In this document: positions 36,487-37,903 of the stretch, piece by piece
How positions within the stretch are numbered: the first letter of the stretch is position 1
How the letters are laid out: each line of letters starts with the position of its first letter
DNA from: Tubiluchus corallicola
Taxonomy: Eukaryota > Animalia > Priapulida
NCBI GenBank assembly: GCA_030141605.1
Contig: JAQGDQ010000220.1
Span: forward strand, 1-37,903
Length of the DNA stretch: 37,903 nt
Reading direction: 5' to 3'
Program-made: the position numbers and the translations under genes
Notes under the pieces: generated by a model
What the model was told of the DNA's origin: nothing
Databases searched by the model: none
The model's input: only the letters and a program-made list of their open reading frames with translations

Positions 36487-37152
36487 GGCGCTATTACACT
36501 TTCGCACCGCCTAGCTTTTCCTGGCCTATTGGTTGTTTTCACGCCTGCAGGCCAGAAAGCAGACCAACAGGCGTAATATACACCATATTCCCATAATATT
36601 ATTGCGGCGTACGCTTTATAAGTCCAGATTAAAATAATGCATTACTTACCTACAGCCGCCATTAAAAGCTGCACGTGAATAACCGTGTTTACATCACTGC
36701 TGCGCAGTCGCTCTCGCGCATTGACGTGATGGCCCTTAACCTGTATTTTTAGTTTCTTCGCATAATTTATGATTATTAGGGTTGCATCTACGAGAGTTTG
36801 TATCGTATCGCGGGTGGGCCTGGAACGGAACAGTTATTTATCATTAATTTTATTTATTGCTGTAGTATTATTACTATTAGATTATAAAAAAAGTAAAGGT
36901 TTTTTCTTTATTTCGTAAATGCGGTGAAGATGAAAGTGTGTCACGTGCTTTTAAGCTAGGCCCTGATAATGCATAAACTAGTACGAAATTCGTCACGTGA
37001 CTACACACACAAACAAGATGGCGATACTGTGTCGAACTGTGAATACAGCGTAATTATTGGTAATTATGCCTAAATAGGATTAAATTACAATTAGATTAGC
37101 GGAAACATTCACTGATGACGTAAGAATAATAGAATGATGACTTACGAGCCTA
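36487..37152. mobile_element. MITE copy A, truncated at its inner end, inverted relative to copy B
   Basis: Starts with TIR GGCGCTATTACACTTTCGCACCGCCTAGCTTTT; reverse complement of 37210-37893. Confidence 0.85.
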
Positions 37153-37155
37153 TTA

Positions 37156-37894
37156 GGGCGCTATTACACTTTCGCACCGCCTAGCTTTTTGTAGGTTATT
37201 ACTCGTTTTTAGGCTCGTAAGTCATCATTCTATTATTCTTACGTCATCAGTGAATCTTTCCGCTAATCTAATTGTAATTTAATAATATATTTAGGTATAA
37301 TTACCAATAATTACGCTGTATTCACAGTTCTACGCCTATACAGGGCGTATCGCCATCTTGTTTGTGTATGTAGTCACGTGACAAACTTCGTACTAGTTTA
37401 TGCATTATCAGGGCCAAGCTTAAAAGGCACGTGACACACTTTCATCTTCACCGCATTTACGAAATAAAGAAAAAAACCTTTACTTTTTTTATAATCTAAT
37501 AGTAATAATACTACAGTAATAACTAAAATTAATGATAAATAACTGTAGTCGTCTAAAATAATTTCCCGCGATACGATACAAACTCCCGTAGCTGCAACCC
37601 TAATAATCATAAATTATGCGAAGAAACTAAAAATACAGGTTAAGGGCCACGCACGTCACTGCGCGAGAGCGATTGCGCATCAGTGATGTAAACACGGTTA
37701 TTCACGTGCAGCTTTTAATGGCGGCTGTAGGTAAGTAATGCATGATTTTAATCTGGACTTATAAAGCGCAAGAAGCAATAATATTATGGGAATATGGTGT
37801 ATATTACGCCTGTTGGTCTGCTTTCTGGCCTGCAGGCGTGAAAACAACCAATAGGCCAGGAAAAGCTAGGCGGTGCGAAAGTGTAATAGCGCCC
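37156..37894. mobile_element. MITE copy B, complete (739 bp), possibly PIF/Harbinger-like
   Basis: Perfect 34-bp TIRs GGGCGCTATTACACTTTCGCACCGCCTAGCTTTT; left flank TTA, right flank ACA (no clean TSD). Confidence 0.88.
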
Positions 37895-37903
37895 ACACTC
37901 AGT

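Noticed and set aside
37110-37152. Hammerhead-like CTGATGA followed by a CGTAAG/CTTACG stem
   Set aside because: The required GAAA after stem II is absent (AGCC), and stems I and III were not found.

Overview
AT-rich, intron-rich invertebrate animal genomic DNA (not prokaryotic) with one assembly gap (23529-23885). Genes: (1) a complete six-coding-exon TMEM50 orthologue on the minus strand (21968 to 8453, 159 aa, all GT-AG introns, phases consistent); (2) a single-coding-exon class A GPCR nested antisense in a TMEM50 intron, with tandem arrays overlapping its putative splice acceptor, start codon and stop codon; (3) a probable first coding exon of a voltage-gated sodium channel (Nav2-like) at 26350-26700, head-to-head with TMEM50; (4) two exons of a Pro/Tyr-rich PPxY protein on the minus strand; (5) a possible terminal exon near 1300. 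The rest is mobile and repetitive DNA: tRNA-derived SINEs, hAT-, Tc1/pogo-, Kolobok- and Harbinger-like MITEs, a decayed CR1-type LINE, three RTE-derived insertions with TSDs, many minisatellites and local duplications, and a 1.4-kb MITE palindrome. The most notable signal is a ~490-bp non-autonomous RTE-derived retroposon (20778-21268) that begins with a structurally intact twister ribozyme core, with its 5' junction at the predicted self-cleavage site. All calls were made by eye; family assignments rely on recalled motifs and need database confirmation.
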